Virus record (IMG/VR): IMGVR_UViG_3300045609_000049
Length of the DNA: 64,000 nt
Reading direction: 5' to 3' (one strand)
DNA from: an uncultured virus (IMG/VR IMGVR_UViG_3300045609_000049)
Lineage: Duplodnaviria > Heunggongvirae > Uroviricota > Caudoviricetes
Made by a program: the position numbers and the translations under genes. Positions 11,013 through 21,879 of the stretch are shown in pieces (the stretch's first letter is position 1; each line of letters opens with the position of its first letter). The notes under the pieces are model-generated. The model was not told where the DNA came from and searched no databases. It saw nothing but the letters and a program-made list of their open reading frames with translations.

Positions 11013-12212
11013 ATGGATAACAAATGGTTAAGAGCTGCAATACCAGCTTTACTTATTCACTGTTCGATTGGAACTGTCTACTGTTGGAGTACATTTAAGG
11101 AATCAATTGCTCAGTCAATTGGTATGAGTACTTTTGCAGTAGGATGGGCGTTTAGCTTTGCGATTTTCTTCCTTGGGATGTCAGCAGCTTTTGCAGGTAA
11201 AATTGTAGAGCTAAACATTCACAAATCGTCTCTCATTTCAGCTATCTGTTTTACAACTGGTATGATTGGAACTGGTTTGACAATTAAGTATTGTACTGGC
11301 ATAACAGCCCTACTACTTATTTACTTATTTTATGGATGCATAATGGGAATTGGTCTTGGTATTGGATATTTAACTCCAGTTAAGACTCTCATGTTATGGT
11401 TCAAAGATAATAAAGGTTTAGCTACTGGAATTTCAATTATGGGATTTGGCTTAGCAAAAGCCATTGCAACACCTATAATGGAATTTCTTCAGAATCACTT
11501 TGGAATTACTGCAATGTTCTTAATCTTAGGTGCAATTTATTTTTGTATGATGTTTGCAGGACATCTGCTTCTTAGAAAACCTAAAGATTGGGTCGAAAGT
11601 AAAGATACAAATAATTTCAAAGCAAGTTCGATGTTTACTAATAAAATGTTTATAGGAATATGGTTGATATTCTACATCAATATTCATTGTGGACTTATGC
11701 TTATTACATATGAAAAGCAGTTGCTTAATAACACTTTTGCTGGATTAGCAATTCTTGGAACTATTATTAGTGTAGTACCTTCTGTTACTGCAATATGTAA
11801 TGCATTAGGTCGTATAGGTTATTCAACTATTTCAGATAAACTTAAAGATCGCGCAAAAATTTATGTAATAATCTTCATATCTTGTATTACAGTCACATTA
11901 GCTGCAAGATTTATTCCAGCAAGTTGGTTAATAATTGCAATGCTTATGATTGTAAATCTTGGTTATGGCGGTGGATTCTCAACACTTCCAGCATTGCTTG
12001 ATTCAAGATTTGGTATGGAGAATATTTCAAAATTGCATGGTCTCGCATTATCAGCATGGGCAATCGCAGGTTTGACTGGCAATAATTTGTCAGAACTTAT
12101 CTTAAGTCGTACTGATAATAACTATAGTATAGTAATTACTGTCGCTGCGGTTCTTTATGCGGTTGCGTGTGTAATTTGTCTTACTATGGTAACTAAAAGA
12201 AAAACGGTGTGA
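11013..12212 (+). CDS. MFS transporter, oxalate:formate antiporter (OFA)-like
   Basis: About 12 hydrophobic segments; GIGYLTPVKTLMLWFKDNKGLATG; GYGGGFS. Confidence 0.85.
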   Translation: MDNKWLRAAIPALLIHCSIGTVYCWSTFKESIAQSIGMSTFAVGWAFSFAIFFLGMSAAFAGKIVELNIHKSSLISAICFTTGMIGTGLTIKYCTGITALLLIYLFYGCIMGIGLGIGYLTPVKTLMLWFKDNKGLATGISIMGFGLAKAIATPIMEFLQNHFGITAMFLILGAIYFCMMFAGHLLLRKPKDWVESKDTNNFKASSMFTNKMFIGIWLIFYINIHCGLMLITYEKQLLNNTFAGLAILGTIISVVPSVTAICNALGRIGYSTISDKLKDRAKIYVIIFISCITVTLAARFIPASWLIIAMLMIVNLGYGGGFSTLPALLDSRFGMENISKLHGLALSAWAIAGLTGNNLSELILSRTDNNYSIVITVAAVLYAVACVICLTMVTKRKTV

Positions 12213-12244
12213 AGCTGTGCTCAGCTAAAGACTGACCACTTTCC
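12209..12244 (-). mobile_element. IS200/IS605-type right-end remnant
   Basis: Reverse complement ggaaagtggtcagtctttagctgagcacagcttcac resembles the IS end at 63743-63777; similar remnant near 41912-41950. Confidence 0.45.
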
Positions 12245-12670
12245 TTGCACGATTTTAGTATGAATTAGATGAAGCATGCAAATTGGTTTGTTCTCATTAC
12301 AATTTGTCCTATGAAAATGCATGTATAACATTCGATTTTAGGTGCGGTAGATTTATCATAGAAAATGTGAACGATATCATGAATGCAAATGAAGAGCTAT
12401 TTAATAACATAAGTTGAGAATTTCGAATGGAAAACTATGCGTGAGAAAATGTAAGAAAGAAACAGAGTTGAAAATAACTTCAGTAGTAAGTCTCACATTT
12501 AGTTCATTTGATAAGTCATCTATCGACTTAGCAGTTTTAACATTTGATAATGAAAAATGGAAAATTGCTGATTTATAACGATTGTTTCTTCTCGAAAGAG
12601 ATTTAACATAATAACAGAAAAACCATAATATTTTGTAAGAAAATTATCAAAGTAAAGGAGAAAGAAAATT

Positions 12671-13198
12671 ATGACAAAGACAGTTGAAACTAAGGTAGAG
12701 GCGGCTAAGGCTGCAGTTAAGGCATCTGCAAAGAAGGTTGTTAAGGCAGTCGAAGATAAGGCCGTTACAAAGGCAAAGGAAGCCGCTAAGACAGCAGAGG
12801 CAGCTGCAAAGGTCGCTGCAAAGGAAGCCGATAAGGCAATTGCTGCTGCAGCAAAGGCTAAGGAGAAGTCAGCTGCTGCAAAGGTTGCAGTAAAGACAGC
12901 TAATGCTAAGGTTAAGGAAGCTGAGAAGGCTGTGGCTCTTAAGGCTAAGGAAGCTGCAAAGAAGGCAGCAGAGAAGGCAAAGGTGGATGCCGCTAAGGCT
13001 AAGGAGAAGGAGCTTGCAGCTAAGGCTAAGGCAAATGCTAAGGTTGATGCAGAGAAGACAAAGGCTGTGGCTAAGAAGGCTGTAGCTGGTGCTGCTAAGG
13101 CTACTAAGGTTGAGAAGAAGGCTACAACTAAGCCTGCTCCTGAGACACGAGTAGTTCCTAAGAAGAAGGCTGAAACAGAAGCGCCTAAGGCTGAGTAA
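12671..13198 (+). CDS. Lys/Ala-rich histone H1-like basic protein
   Basis: AAKAK-type low complexity; strong RBS; biased AAG/GCT codons; hairpin downstream. Confidence 0.7.
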   Translation: MTKTVETKVEAAKAAVKASAKKVVKAVEDKAVTKAKEAAKTAEAAAKVAAKEADKAIAAAAKAKEKSAAAKVAVKTANAKVKEAEKAVALKAKEAAKKAAEKAKVDAAKAKEKELAAKAKANAKVDAEKTKAVAKKAVAGAAKATKVEKKATTKPAPETRVVPKKKAETEAPKAE

Positions 13199-13255
13199 TA
13201 CATAACGTGTATGACTCAATAACTAGGGTGCAGATCTGCAAAGGTCTGCATCCAT

Positions 13256-13501
13256 GTTTACTCTACACGTGTAGAGGGTTATTCTCAGGCTACTGGTTGT
13301 GCGGATATTTCGGTTGTGTTTTTCTCTACGTATGTAGAGGCTAGTCTAAAGTTTTTAAAATTTTTTGATAAAAAGTCAGTTAAAAGTCCCAAGTATTGAT
13401 TTTATTAACTGTTTTCTCTACGTATGTAGAGGTTTTTCTAATGAGAGTAATCGACGCAGCTATAGATGTATGTTTTCTCTACGTATGTAGAGGTTTATTC
13501 T
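13256..13501 (+). CRISPR. Mini CRISPR locus A: two repeat-spacer-repeat units separated by a 63-nt AT-rich segment
   Basis: Repeats at 13256, 13318, 13411, 13472 (consensus GTTTTCTCTACGTATGTAGAGGTTATTCY); 32-nt spacers 13286-13317 and 13440-13471. Confidence 0.85.
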
Positions 13502-13732
13502 TAAATTATAAAGCGATAAGAATATCACGACTGATGGTTATGAAAAATTTTTCAAACTTATGAAAAACTTTTCAAAAAACTATTTACACTTCATTCGAAA
13601 CATGATAGGATAATATCATGATTGAAATTAATTATTAGCTTATTGAAAATTATGATGATTGAGTATGTGATACAGATATTCATAAAGAAGATGTTATTGA
13701 GTATATTACACTACTGTGTATTCGAGGGGATT

Positions 13733-14155
13733 ATGAAGCGAATTTTTCGAGTGTTATTACTTAACACAATTGCCCCGGTTTTTATCGGTGCAATGTTCTA
13801 TTACATTTTCTGTCCCGATATATGGTTTGTACATATTTTGGATAATCTGTTTGACGGCGGATGGCATATAAGACTACGGACTGGAAACCGACTGATTAGG
13901 TTTTTCAGATATTATTTGCTAGATTTTGTATGGGCATATTCATTCATGTCTGCAATTCTTATTCTGTTTGAAAAGTCGTTTAACCGCAGGGTTTTGTATG
14001 TGGTTGTAATTCTTTTTGAGACAGCATTGGAGTTACTGCAGATTATTCCGCAAATAAGAGGAACTTTTGATGTTTTTGATATCCTCACAGAGGTTATTGC
14101 AAATATCTTAGTTATATATTTATTTTTCAGGAGGAGAGAAAATGAAAAAATTTAG
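13733..14155 (+). CDS. Membrane protein
   Basis: Hydrophobic; ELLQ...GTFDVFD motif; RBS gagggg before ATG 13733. Confidence 0.65.
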   Translation: MKRIFRVLLLNTIAPVFIGAMFYYIFCPDIWFVHILDNLFDGGWHIRLRTGNRLIRFFRYYLLDFVWAYSFMSAILILFEKSFNRRVLYVVVILFETALELLQIIPQIRGTFDVFDILTEVIANILVIYLFFRRRENEKI

Positions 14156-15071
14156 TGTTCTGCTTTTGTGTTTGGTAATGACGGTATTTGGATTGTGTGC
14201 TCTAGGAAGTAGTTCTGAATCTTCATCAGATCAGAAAGAAATAGTAACGAGTGATGCAAATTCTGCTGATACTGATACCTCTGCTGCGGCTACAGAGGAT
14301 GTAGCTGAAAGTTCTTCAACCGACGTAACAATTGAGGAGCAGGTATTGGTCGATCAGGATGGAATCAAAATAACAGCTACTGAGTACACAGCGGATAGCA
14401 TCTTGGGAGACGGTATAAAACTTTTGATAGAGAATACGTCAGCCAATGATTACACAGTGGGATGCGATGCCCTTATCGTTAATGATTATATGATTAATGA
14501 TTTGTTTGTATCGGACATTGCAGCAGGAAAGACAGCTAATGAAACCATGTATCTGTCATCGGGAAGCCTTAAGGCTGCCGGGATTGATTCTGTAGGAAAG
14601 ATAGAAATGTATTTCCATGCATATGATTCACAGATGGATTATTTATTCCAGAATGTATATTCTGAAATTCAAACGTCAGAGTTTGCAAATATGGATACGA
14701 CTCCAAATGATGAGGGAATAGAATTGTATAATCAGGATGGAATACGTATCGTTGGAAAGACCGTTGATGAAAATTCTTTCTGGGGCACAGCAATTTTACT
14801 TTATTGTGAAAATACATCAGGACAAAATGTAGGTATATCGGTAGATGATATGTCTATTAATGGCTTTATGATGAGTCCGGTTTTTGCAACAACTGTATAT
14901 GACGGAAAAAGAGCTGTTGAGCCGATTACGATTTTAAGCAGTGATTTAGAAGAAAACGGTATTGAATCCGTAGATGAAGTGGAATTGAAATTCCATATCT
15001 ATAATGCAGAGACGTTTGAAACAATTGCGGACTCTGATCCAATCACGTTTTCAGCAACAACAGTAATTTAA
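14142..15071 (+). CDS. Secreted/surface protein with internal duplicated domain
   Basis: Signal peptide; two copies of QDGI(K/R)I...G..I.L..ENTS. Confidence 0.7.
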   Translation: MKKFSVLLLCLVMTVFGLCALGSSSESSSDQKEIVTSDANSADTDTSAAATEDVAESSSTDVTIEEQVLVDQDGIKITATEYTADSILGDGIKLLIENTSANDYTVGCDALIVNDYMINDLFVSDIAAGKTANETMYLSSGSLKAAGIDSVGKIEMYFHAYDSQMDYLFQNVYSEIQTSEFANMDTTPNDEGIELYNQDGIRIVGKTVDENSFWGTAILLYCENTSGQNVGISVDDMSINGFMMSPVFATTVYDGKRAVEPITILSSDLEENGIESVDEVELKFHIYNAETFETIADSDPITFSATTVI

Positions 15072-15396
15072 TCGCCAGAGTAAAACCGGTCGACAGACTT
15101 TCCAAAAGCAGGGGGAGTCTGAGACCGGTTTTTTATTGCTTTAGTTTTAGGATGAAAAGCAGGAATCCTCAGTAATTCAATTGCCGTAGATGAAGGCATG
15201 TAACCGTAGATTACATCACTTGTTCTTTGCGTGCGATATGCTATGCGTACGAAAAAAGATACTAAACGCAGAGGTCGAAAAATATCTGAAAGAACTTGTG
15301 TTTCTCTATGCATGCAGAGGTTATTCCTTTTTAAGTTGCATAGAAAAACTATTTACAATGTCCCTATTTTGTGTTATATTATTTATAGATTGTTAG

Positions 15397-15608
15397 CAAG
15401 AAAACCCACTACCTTTAGGCGGTGAGATGAATTGCTTAAGAAAAAGTAGCGTTGTGAGCCTTACGGCTCTATACAGTAGCGGCGAAGTGGACACGCACGT
15501 AAGAATAAGGGTTGCCTAGTGATAGGTGGAAACTTAAATACCAAACTTCTTAAACGGAAATCAATGATTTCCTAGAAGCCCATTACCTTTAGGTGATGGG
15601 TGGTTCAC
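15397..15608 (+). mobile_element. Non-autonomous IS200/IS605-type remnant (both ends, no ORF)
   Basis: Left hairpin cccactacctttaggcggtgag; right end gaagcccattacctttaggtgatgggtggttcac. Confidence 0.65.
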
Positions 15609-15643
15609 ATCTATAGTATCATACATATAGGGAGATTATTGCG

Positions 15644-17518
15644 ATGACAGAAATTACAATTTTAGGGTTGATCCCTGAGTACTGTGCCTTGTTTCTCTTG
15701 TTGGTGATTATGTTTATCAATCAACGTAAAAACGATGCAAGGAAAATTACAGATTCTAGACAGAAGTTAATAAATCATGACTTTATAAATTGTGAGTTGA
15801 TTACACTTGCAATCATAGTTGTGGATACTGTTAGATACAGTGTTCATAGTCCTACAGTAGAATACTTAACTGCAATGATTTTCCATTGTTCAGTTGTTGT
15901 TGTAGCTAACTGTATTACTACTTATATTTATGATATTTTACCATCGCTTAAAGAAAAGTCAATGACATTCTATAAGATTAAGGGTAAGATTACTCTTGCA
16001 GTCGTATGTATTATGGCATTGCTTTCACCTACAGGTCTTATATATGGACTTGTTGACGGTAATGTAGTTGCTGGTAAACTTTGTTTCATCTCATATATTG
16101 TTGGCGCATCATTATTCGTTATTTGTATGTTTGGTGCATATAAATCAAATGTATCAAGAAAGATTAGACATACATTGTATGTTATAATCATCTGCACAGT
16201 TGTACCAGGTAGTTTTGAGTTTATTTTTAGATCTACAGTAACAAGCGGCATAGGATTTGTTGCAGGTCTGATTATGTTATCTGGTATGTTCCATGATGGA
16301 GTATTTGATATGACGCATGGAACTGAGTCATTTGCAAACATTGGCGGTCATCTTGCAAAGAACTCTAAAGTTCTCGTATTTGATATTAAACCTAATAAAG
16401 AACTCAGACATAATCAAATTGACGAAGATATTCATAAGGTACTTATGACTATTAAGGAAAAATTTGGTTGTTACACATTATATGAATCTAATGGACGATA
16501 TGCCCTTATTATCAAGGTAAAGTACATCAATGATGTCTCGTCTATTTGGAATGATATTGTATATAAGTATAATAATGAGTTTGATATTTATAGTCTTATT
16601 GTAGATAAGAGTTATATCAGTAATGTTAATATGTCAGTTCTTTCTGATGTAGAATTGAGTAATGAACTTAGAGCTTTTAATGATAATGATGTTAACAAGA
16701 TTGAACGTAGAAAAATGATTAAGAACACAATTCTTTCAATTGTAGGTAATGATAACTACTTTGATAAAAGACTTGTTACAGTAGTTCAGCCTATTAAAGA
16801 TATTACAATAAATAAGTTCTTAACCAGTGAAATGCTCACTAGATTGAGAGTAGATGGTATAGATGGATTAGTTATGCCTTATGAATTTATTCCAATCGTA
16901 GAAGAACTTAAATGTGTTCATAAGTTCAATCTTTGTATTCTTGATAATGCCTGCAGACTTATGAAGCAAATTCGAGCAAATAGAATTGAGTTCAATAGTA
17001 TTTCAGTAAACTTCGATCCTTCAGAACTTGTAGACAAGTCATTTGTCTCTGATGTATCAAGTATTGTATATAATAATGGAATTCGTCCTAAATGTATTCA
17101 TATTGAGATTACTGAGTCATCTGAATTGGAAGACTCTGAGAAGACTCGTAGCTGCATAACAGACCTCTTAAATCTTGGATTTAAAGTTTACCTTGATGAT
17201 TTTGGTACAAAGTATTCTAACATTGTAGAATTACTTAGTTCAAAGTTCAATGTAATTAAAATTGATCGTCAGCTTATTCTCAAAGCTCTTGAAGATGAAG
17301 CTGCTTACAAGGTAGTAACTGCACTAAGTTCCGCATGTAGTGCAGTCGGTTATAAAGTATTGTTTGAAGGAGTTGACAGTGACGATGGTATTAAGTTAGC
17401 TAGAGATAATGATGCAACTTATATCCAAGGTTTCTATTACTCAGAACCGCTTGAATGGAACGATTTTATGGAATTTATAAAAAATGAAAATCAAGCACAG
17501 TTGAAAGTAGTTAAGTAA
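15644..17518 (+). CDS. Membrane-bound EAL-domain protein (c-di-GMP phosphodiesterase-like)
   Basis: N-terminal TM helices; VQPI...SEMLTR, IEITES, LDDFGT, IKIDR, EGV, IQGFYYSEP. Confidence 0.85.
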   Translation: MTEITILGLIPEYCALFLLLVIMFINQRKNDARKITDSRQKLINHDFINCELITLAIIVVDTVRYSVHSPTVEYLTAMIFHCSVVVVANCITTYIYDILPSLKEKSMTFYKIKGKITLAVVCIMALLSPTGLIYGLVDGNVVAGKLCFISYIVGASLFVICMFGAYKSNVSRKIRHTLYVIIICTVVPGSFEFIFRSTVTSGIGFVAGLIMLSGMFHDGVFDMTHGTESFANIGGHLAKNSKVLVFDIKPNKELRHNQIDEDIHKVLMTIKEKFGCYTLYESNGRYALIIKVKYINDVSSIWNDIVYKYNNEFDIYSLIVDKSYISNVNMSVLSDVELSNELRAFNDNDVNKIERRKMIKNTILSIVGNDNYFDKRLVTVVQPIKDITINKFLTSEMLTRLRVDGIDGLVMPYEFIPIVEELKCVHKFNLCILDNACRLMKQIRANRIEFNSISVNFDPSELVDKSFVSDVSSIVYNNGIRPKCIHIEITESSELEDSEKTRSCITDLLNLGFKVYLDDFGTKYSNIVELLSSKFNVIKIDRQLILKALEDEAAYKVVTALSSACSAVGYKVLFEGVDSDDGIKLARDNDATYIQGFYYSEPLEWNDFMEFIKNENQAQLKVVK

Positions 17519-17556
17519 TATTTGCAACTGTGTAATAAATCACAGGAGCAAGTATT

Positions 17557-18912
17557 ATGAATAGCAATCAGTTATTTAGACAAGTAGCTAGACGTACACT
17601 AACTACGAAATTTGTCCCTCGAGGCAGATTTCAAAAAGGACGATTACGACGTCTATTAAAACAAGCAAAAAAGAATAGTTCATTTTATAGGGAGTTATAT
17701 AAAGATATTGATCTTAGTCGGATAACTCCCTATAATATTGCAGAATTACCTGCAGTGACTAAGTCTCAACTTATTGAAAATTATGGTGATTGGGTATGTG
17801 ATACAGATATTCATAAAGAAGATGTTATTGAGTATGCATCAAATGTTCAAAATATTGGAAGATTATATCTAGACAAATACTATATAACATCAACATCAGG
17901 TTCTACTGGAGAAAAACTAAAAGTTATCAATGAACAGAACGACTTCATAGAAATGTTAGCAATGGGTGCAATAGATACATGGCCTAAACTATCATACGCT
18001 ATAGACGTTGCTAAAAGTCATCGACCAGTTGTGTATATTGCACCTACTGATGGATTTTACGCATCTGTTCTTGTAGCTAGAACTTACTTAAATTTGTCAG
18101 ATAATTTTAACTCAGAAATTATTGATTTTAGAGTTCCTACTGATGAATTAGTACTTAGACTTAACCAAATCAATCCTATACTGATTGGAGGATATGTTAG
18201 TACATTTTTGATTCTTGCAGATGAAGCTAAAGCTGGACGACTAAATATAAATGTAAAGTATATGGTACCAATCGGCACAGCATATTCTGAAGAAGACAGA
18301 CAAAGAGTTAAGGAAGCTTTTGATTGTGAAACATTTACATCCTATAGTTGTACAGAAGCTGGAGAGATTGGATGCGAATGTGTATACGGACATTTTCATC
18401 TCGCTAAAGGTGTAATCGTTGAACCTGTAGATGATAATCTAAATGTTATTGAAGATGGAAAAGAATCTAGTGGCGTTCTAATCACAAATTTGTGGAATAG
18501 ATCAATGCCATTTATTAGATATTTGCTCAATGATAGATGTATTGTGCATAATGAACAATGCAAATGTGGACGTAAAACAAAATGGATAGAAGTCATTGGA
18601 AGAGAAGTAATTCGAGTTTACTTCTTAAATGATGACAACAAAGTAATTCAGATGACTGACTTTATGTTTGAAGCAATTCTAAACGATATTTGTAGTGGTA
18701 AAGCAGATCATCAAATGATTATAGATGGTAATACAATTGAAATGAGATTTAATATAAAGAATGATTTTATAAAGTTTAGTCAGTTCAAATGTATTAGAAG
18801 CAGAATACAAGAATTGGCAAATGTAAATGATCTCAGTTTAGATGTAGTACTTAGTGATGAATTACCTATTGTAGATAATTCAGGTAAAACAAAGAGAATA
18901 ATCATAAGATAG
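17557..18912 (+). CDS. Phenylacetate-CoA ligase/CapK-like adenylate-forming enzyme
   Basis: STSGSTG, YSCTEAG, MPFIRYLLND, CKCGR, SGKTK. Confidence 0.82.
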   Translation: MNSNQLFRQVARRTLTTKFVPRGRFQKGRLRRLLKQAKKNSSFYRELYKDIDLSRITPYNIAELPAVTKSQLIENYGDWVCDTDIHKEDVIEYASNVQNIGRLYLDKYYITSTSGSTGEKLKVINEQNDFIEMLAMGAIDTWPKLSYAIDVAKSHRPVVYIAPTDGFYASVLVARTYLNLSDNFNSEIIDFRVPTDELVLRLNQINPILIGGYVSTFLILADEAKAGRLNINVKYMVPIGTAYSEEDRQRVKEAFDCETFTSYSCTEAGEIGCECVYGHFHLAKGVIVEPVDDNLNVIEDGKESSGVLITNLWNRSMPFIRYLLNDRCIVHNEQCKCGRKTKWIEVIGREVIRVYFLNDDNKVIQMTDFMFEAILNDICSGKADHQMIIDGNTIEMRFNIKNDFIKFSQFKCIRSRIQELANVNDLSLDVVLSDELPIVDNSGKTKRIIIR

Positions 18913-19062
18913 TTTACTCTACGTATGTAGAGGTTTTTCCATTGAAGCATCAATCAAGTCTGCAGAGGCAGCGTTTTCTCTACGTATGTAGAGGTTTTTC
19001 CGTCATAGAGTTGATGTCAATTTCTACAAACTTGTCTTCTCTACGTATGTAGAGGTTATTCC
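18912..19062 (+). CRISPR. Mini CRISPR array B (3 repeats, 2 spacers)
   Basis: 29-nt repeats at 18912, 18973, 19034; 32-nt spacers; 61-nt period. Confidence 0.9.
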
Positions 19063-19100
19063 ACACAAAGAGGTTATCTAAGATAACTTTTATAAAAACA

Positions 19101-19139
19101 AAATGGTTTACCAATTTAGGTAAACCATTTATTTTTTAT
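19101..19139. terminator. Probable bidirectional intrinsic terminator
   Basis: aaatggtttacc-aattta-ggtaaaccattt hairpin with A/T tails between convergent units. Confidence 0.6.
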
Positions 19140-19145
19140 TCACAG

Positions 19146-20492
19146 TTATAAGCAATCTGCCAAATCATCTGCGTATTTGCTAAACTGTTCATAATTTCGT
19201 AAAGAATCTATAGTAGTATTTAATAGTTTATCAAATTTCTCTTTAGAATCAATAACTGAACGAGCACGATAATCATCATCGTCTTCGTTTGTCATATCAA
19301 CCACGAACTTAAATACATTCTGATCCTTAACTTGAGCCTTCTCCAACTTAACTAAAGGCGCTTTAGTATCAACAGCTACAATAGTCAAACATTCATGCTC
19401 TATATAGGAGTCATCACTATTATCCGCAAAGAATGCATCTATTGAGTCATATCTTGATTGTATGTCTAACTTAGATGAATCATCAATCCGGTATACAAAG
19501 TCCTTAAGTGCTTCTGTGTTTTCATCCGTATGTTCGTCGGTAGATTTGTCTCCAACTGTACAGAATCGAATTTCATAATCTACTTTAGCATTGCCATACA
19601 CCTGAGCATCACCATGCACTTGAGCATTATCATACACTTTAGCATTGCCATACACATAAGCATTGCCATACACATAAGCATTATCATACACTTTAGCTTT
19701 ACCATACACTTCAGCATCACCATACACTTTAGCCTTGCCATACACCCAAGCATGGTCATACACTTTAGCATCACCATACACATTAGCATACACATAAGCA
19801 TTGTCATACACCCAAGCATTGCCATACACTTTAGCCTTGCCATACACCCAAGCCTTGCCATACACTTGAGCATTGCCACACACCCAAGCCTTGCCATACA
19901 CTTGAGCATTGCCATATACTTGAGCATCATCATACACATGAGCATTGTCAAACACCTCAGCTTTACCATACACATAAGCATTGCCATACACTTTAGCGTC
20001 TTCATATACTTTAGCATCATCACACACTTTAGCATCGCCACACACTATAGCTGATTCACACACCCAAACATCACCGTACACCCAAGCATTGCCATACACT
20101 TGAGCATTACCATACACTTTAGCATTGCCATACACTACAGCTGATTCATGCACTTTAGCATCGCCATACACCCAAGCTTTACCATACACCTCAGCATTAT
20201 CATACACTTTAGCATTGCCATACGCATAAGCATCATCATACACTTTAGCATCGCCACACACTATAGCTGATTCACACACCCAAACATCACCGTACACCCA
20301 AGCATTGCCATACACTTGAGCATTACCATACACTTTAGCGTTGCCATCAACCCAGCAATTACCTTCCTGTGATAGATTTTCTTCTTTCTCAATCCAACCA
20401 CCAAGTTTGCCGTCGTTTAAGCGTTTAATTCGATGAAGAATATGGCCATCGAGATTCATAGTTTCAGCAGTAAATTCATATTTTGGTCCCAT
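19146..20492 (-). CDS. Hexapeptide-repeat (left-handed beta-helix-like) protein
   Basis: GGWIEKEENLSQEGNCWV followed by many VYGNAx repeats. Confidence 0.85.
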   Translation of the reverse strand: MGPKYEFTAETMNLDGHILHRIKRLNDGKLGGWIEKEENLSQEGNCWVDGNAKVYGNAQVYGNAWVYGDVWVCESAIVCGDAKVYDDAYAYGNAKVYDNAEVYGKAWVYGDAKVHESAVVYGNAKVYGNAQVYGNAWVYGDVWVCESAIVCGDAKVCDDAKVYEDAKVYGNAYVYGKAEVFDNAHVYDDAQVYGNAQVYGKAWVCGNAQVYGKAWVYGKAKVYGNAWVYDNAYVYANVYGDAKVYDHAWVYGKAKVYGDAEVYGKAKVYDNAYVYGNAYVYGNAKVYDNAQVHGDAQVYGNAKVDYEIRFCTVGDKSTDEHTDENTEALKDFVYRIDDSSKLDIQSRYDSIDAFFADNSDDSYIEHECLTIVAVDTKAPLVKLEKAQVKDQNVFKFVVDMTNEDDDDYRARSVIDSKEKFDKLLNTTIDSLRNYEQFSKYADDLADCL

Positions 20493-20759
20493 AGTTAGTT
20501 TCTCCTTTCAAAGAAAATGACCTATCTTTAAAAGATAAGTCATTTTTCACATCCGTTATTATAATTAAATAGCCTATAATACATACTAGTATAAGATACA
20601 ATAAGCTTGTATATAGTTTTTATCTATAGATATTTTATGTGTTTGATTGAAACTTAACTAATAGCACAAATAATTTATCTTATATAAAGATAGTCTCTAA
20701 GTGCTATTTAATTATATGAGCTTAATGCTATTATTTAGCAAAGGAGGAAAATTAAATAT

Positions 20760-21686
20760 ATGCAATGTACTATATGCAAAAGAGACTTTCGGTCTCATAA
20801 AGGATTAGTAAAGCATATTCAGTCTACACATGACATAATGGCTAAAGACTATTATGATCGATATCTAAAACCGCCTAATACTGGAATATGCCCTACATGT
20901 GGAAAGAAAACACGGTTCTTAACATTAGGTAAAGGTTATCAGACTTATTGTTCTATTAAATGTAGTCAGTTAGACTCAAATGGAAAGAACAACTTTAGAA
21001 ATAACAACCCGCAAAAAGATCCAGCTGTTAAGGCTAAAACACTTAAGACTTGTGAGGAAACTTATGGTGGTAGAGGATATGCTTCAGCTAACATACAAGA
21101 AAGAGCTATTCAGACTAGAAATTTTAGATATGGTCCATCTAACAAGATGATTGATAAAGCCATTAAGACTTATGCTAAAGAAAATAATTTAGTCTTTATA
21201 GAGAAAGCATTCACTCTCAATAATAATTGTGGTTGGATTGATAACATTGAGATAGTTCTTTACTATGGTCAGCGTTTGATTAAGAAGTCTGATTTAGATT
21301 ATATTAAGAACTATGAAGGTACTCAATTAGATTCAACTCCAGTTGTAGAAGCTATAAAAGAAGTATATGATGGTCCAATTGAGAACCTATATTTACCAGA
21401 TCTAGATATTTCTATTATGTACCATAGCAATCATGAAATTGCTTTAGAAAGTGGAAAAGGTAAAGACTATATTCTCAATCAATCTTTGCTATATAGAGAG
21501 AAAGGTTGTAGACTAATTCATATATTTGAGTTTGAAGACTTAGATAGACAACTTTATTTACTTAAAGAACTTATAAGAGGCAATGACTTATATGGAAATG
21601 ACTTCAATAAGAATAATTTGCAGAATTATGATAGTCAACCTACAATGATTTATGTAGACGCAAAGTTGACTATTTATGGATGTTAA
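20760..21686 (+). CDS. Free-standing zinc-finger plus PD-(D/E)XK-like homing endonuclease, possibly degenerate
   Basis: CxxC...H...H and CPTCG...YCSIKC; RLIHIFEFE; nuclease motif divergent. Confidence 0.65.
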   Translation: MQCTICKRDFRSHKGLVKHIQSTHDIMAKDYYDRYLKPPNTGICPTCGKKTRFLTLGKGYQTYCSIKCSQLDSNGKNNFRNNNPQKDPAVKAKTLKTCEETYGGRGYASANIQERAIQTRNFRYGPSNKMIDKAIKTYAKENNLVFIEKAFTLNNNCGWIDNIEIVLYYGQRLIKKSDLDYIKNYEGTQLDSTPVVEAIKEVYDGPIENLYLPDLDISIMYHSNHEIALESGKGKDYILNQSLLYREKGCRLIHIFEFEDLDRQLYLLKELIRGNDLYGNDFNKNNLQNYDSQPTMIYVDAKLTIYGC

Positions 21687-21879
21687 CTTTAATACAATCT
21701 CTAAGTGCTATTTAATTATAATAAGACACTATACAGGTGTCTTTTTATTATTGTTTTAGTGGTAAAACAGCTATGACGAGTAAAAAAGGAGGAAAAAGAT
21801 ATGAAATGGAATGATTCGTCCTAAAAAATGATATTAAGTAACCTTAATATAAAATACAAAGAAAGGAAAATTAAAAAGA

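Noticed and set aside
12520..13219. Minus-strand ORFs over the histone-like gene
   Set aside because: Antisense shadows of biased codons; no RBS
19530..20054. Alternative-frame ORFs (IHFSIA and MAMLKC repeats), also at 51644-52533
   Set aside because: Shadows of the 18-nt periodic hexapeptide genes
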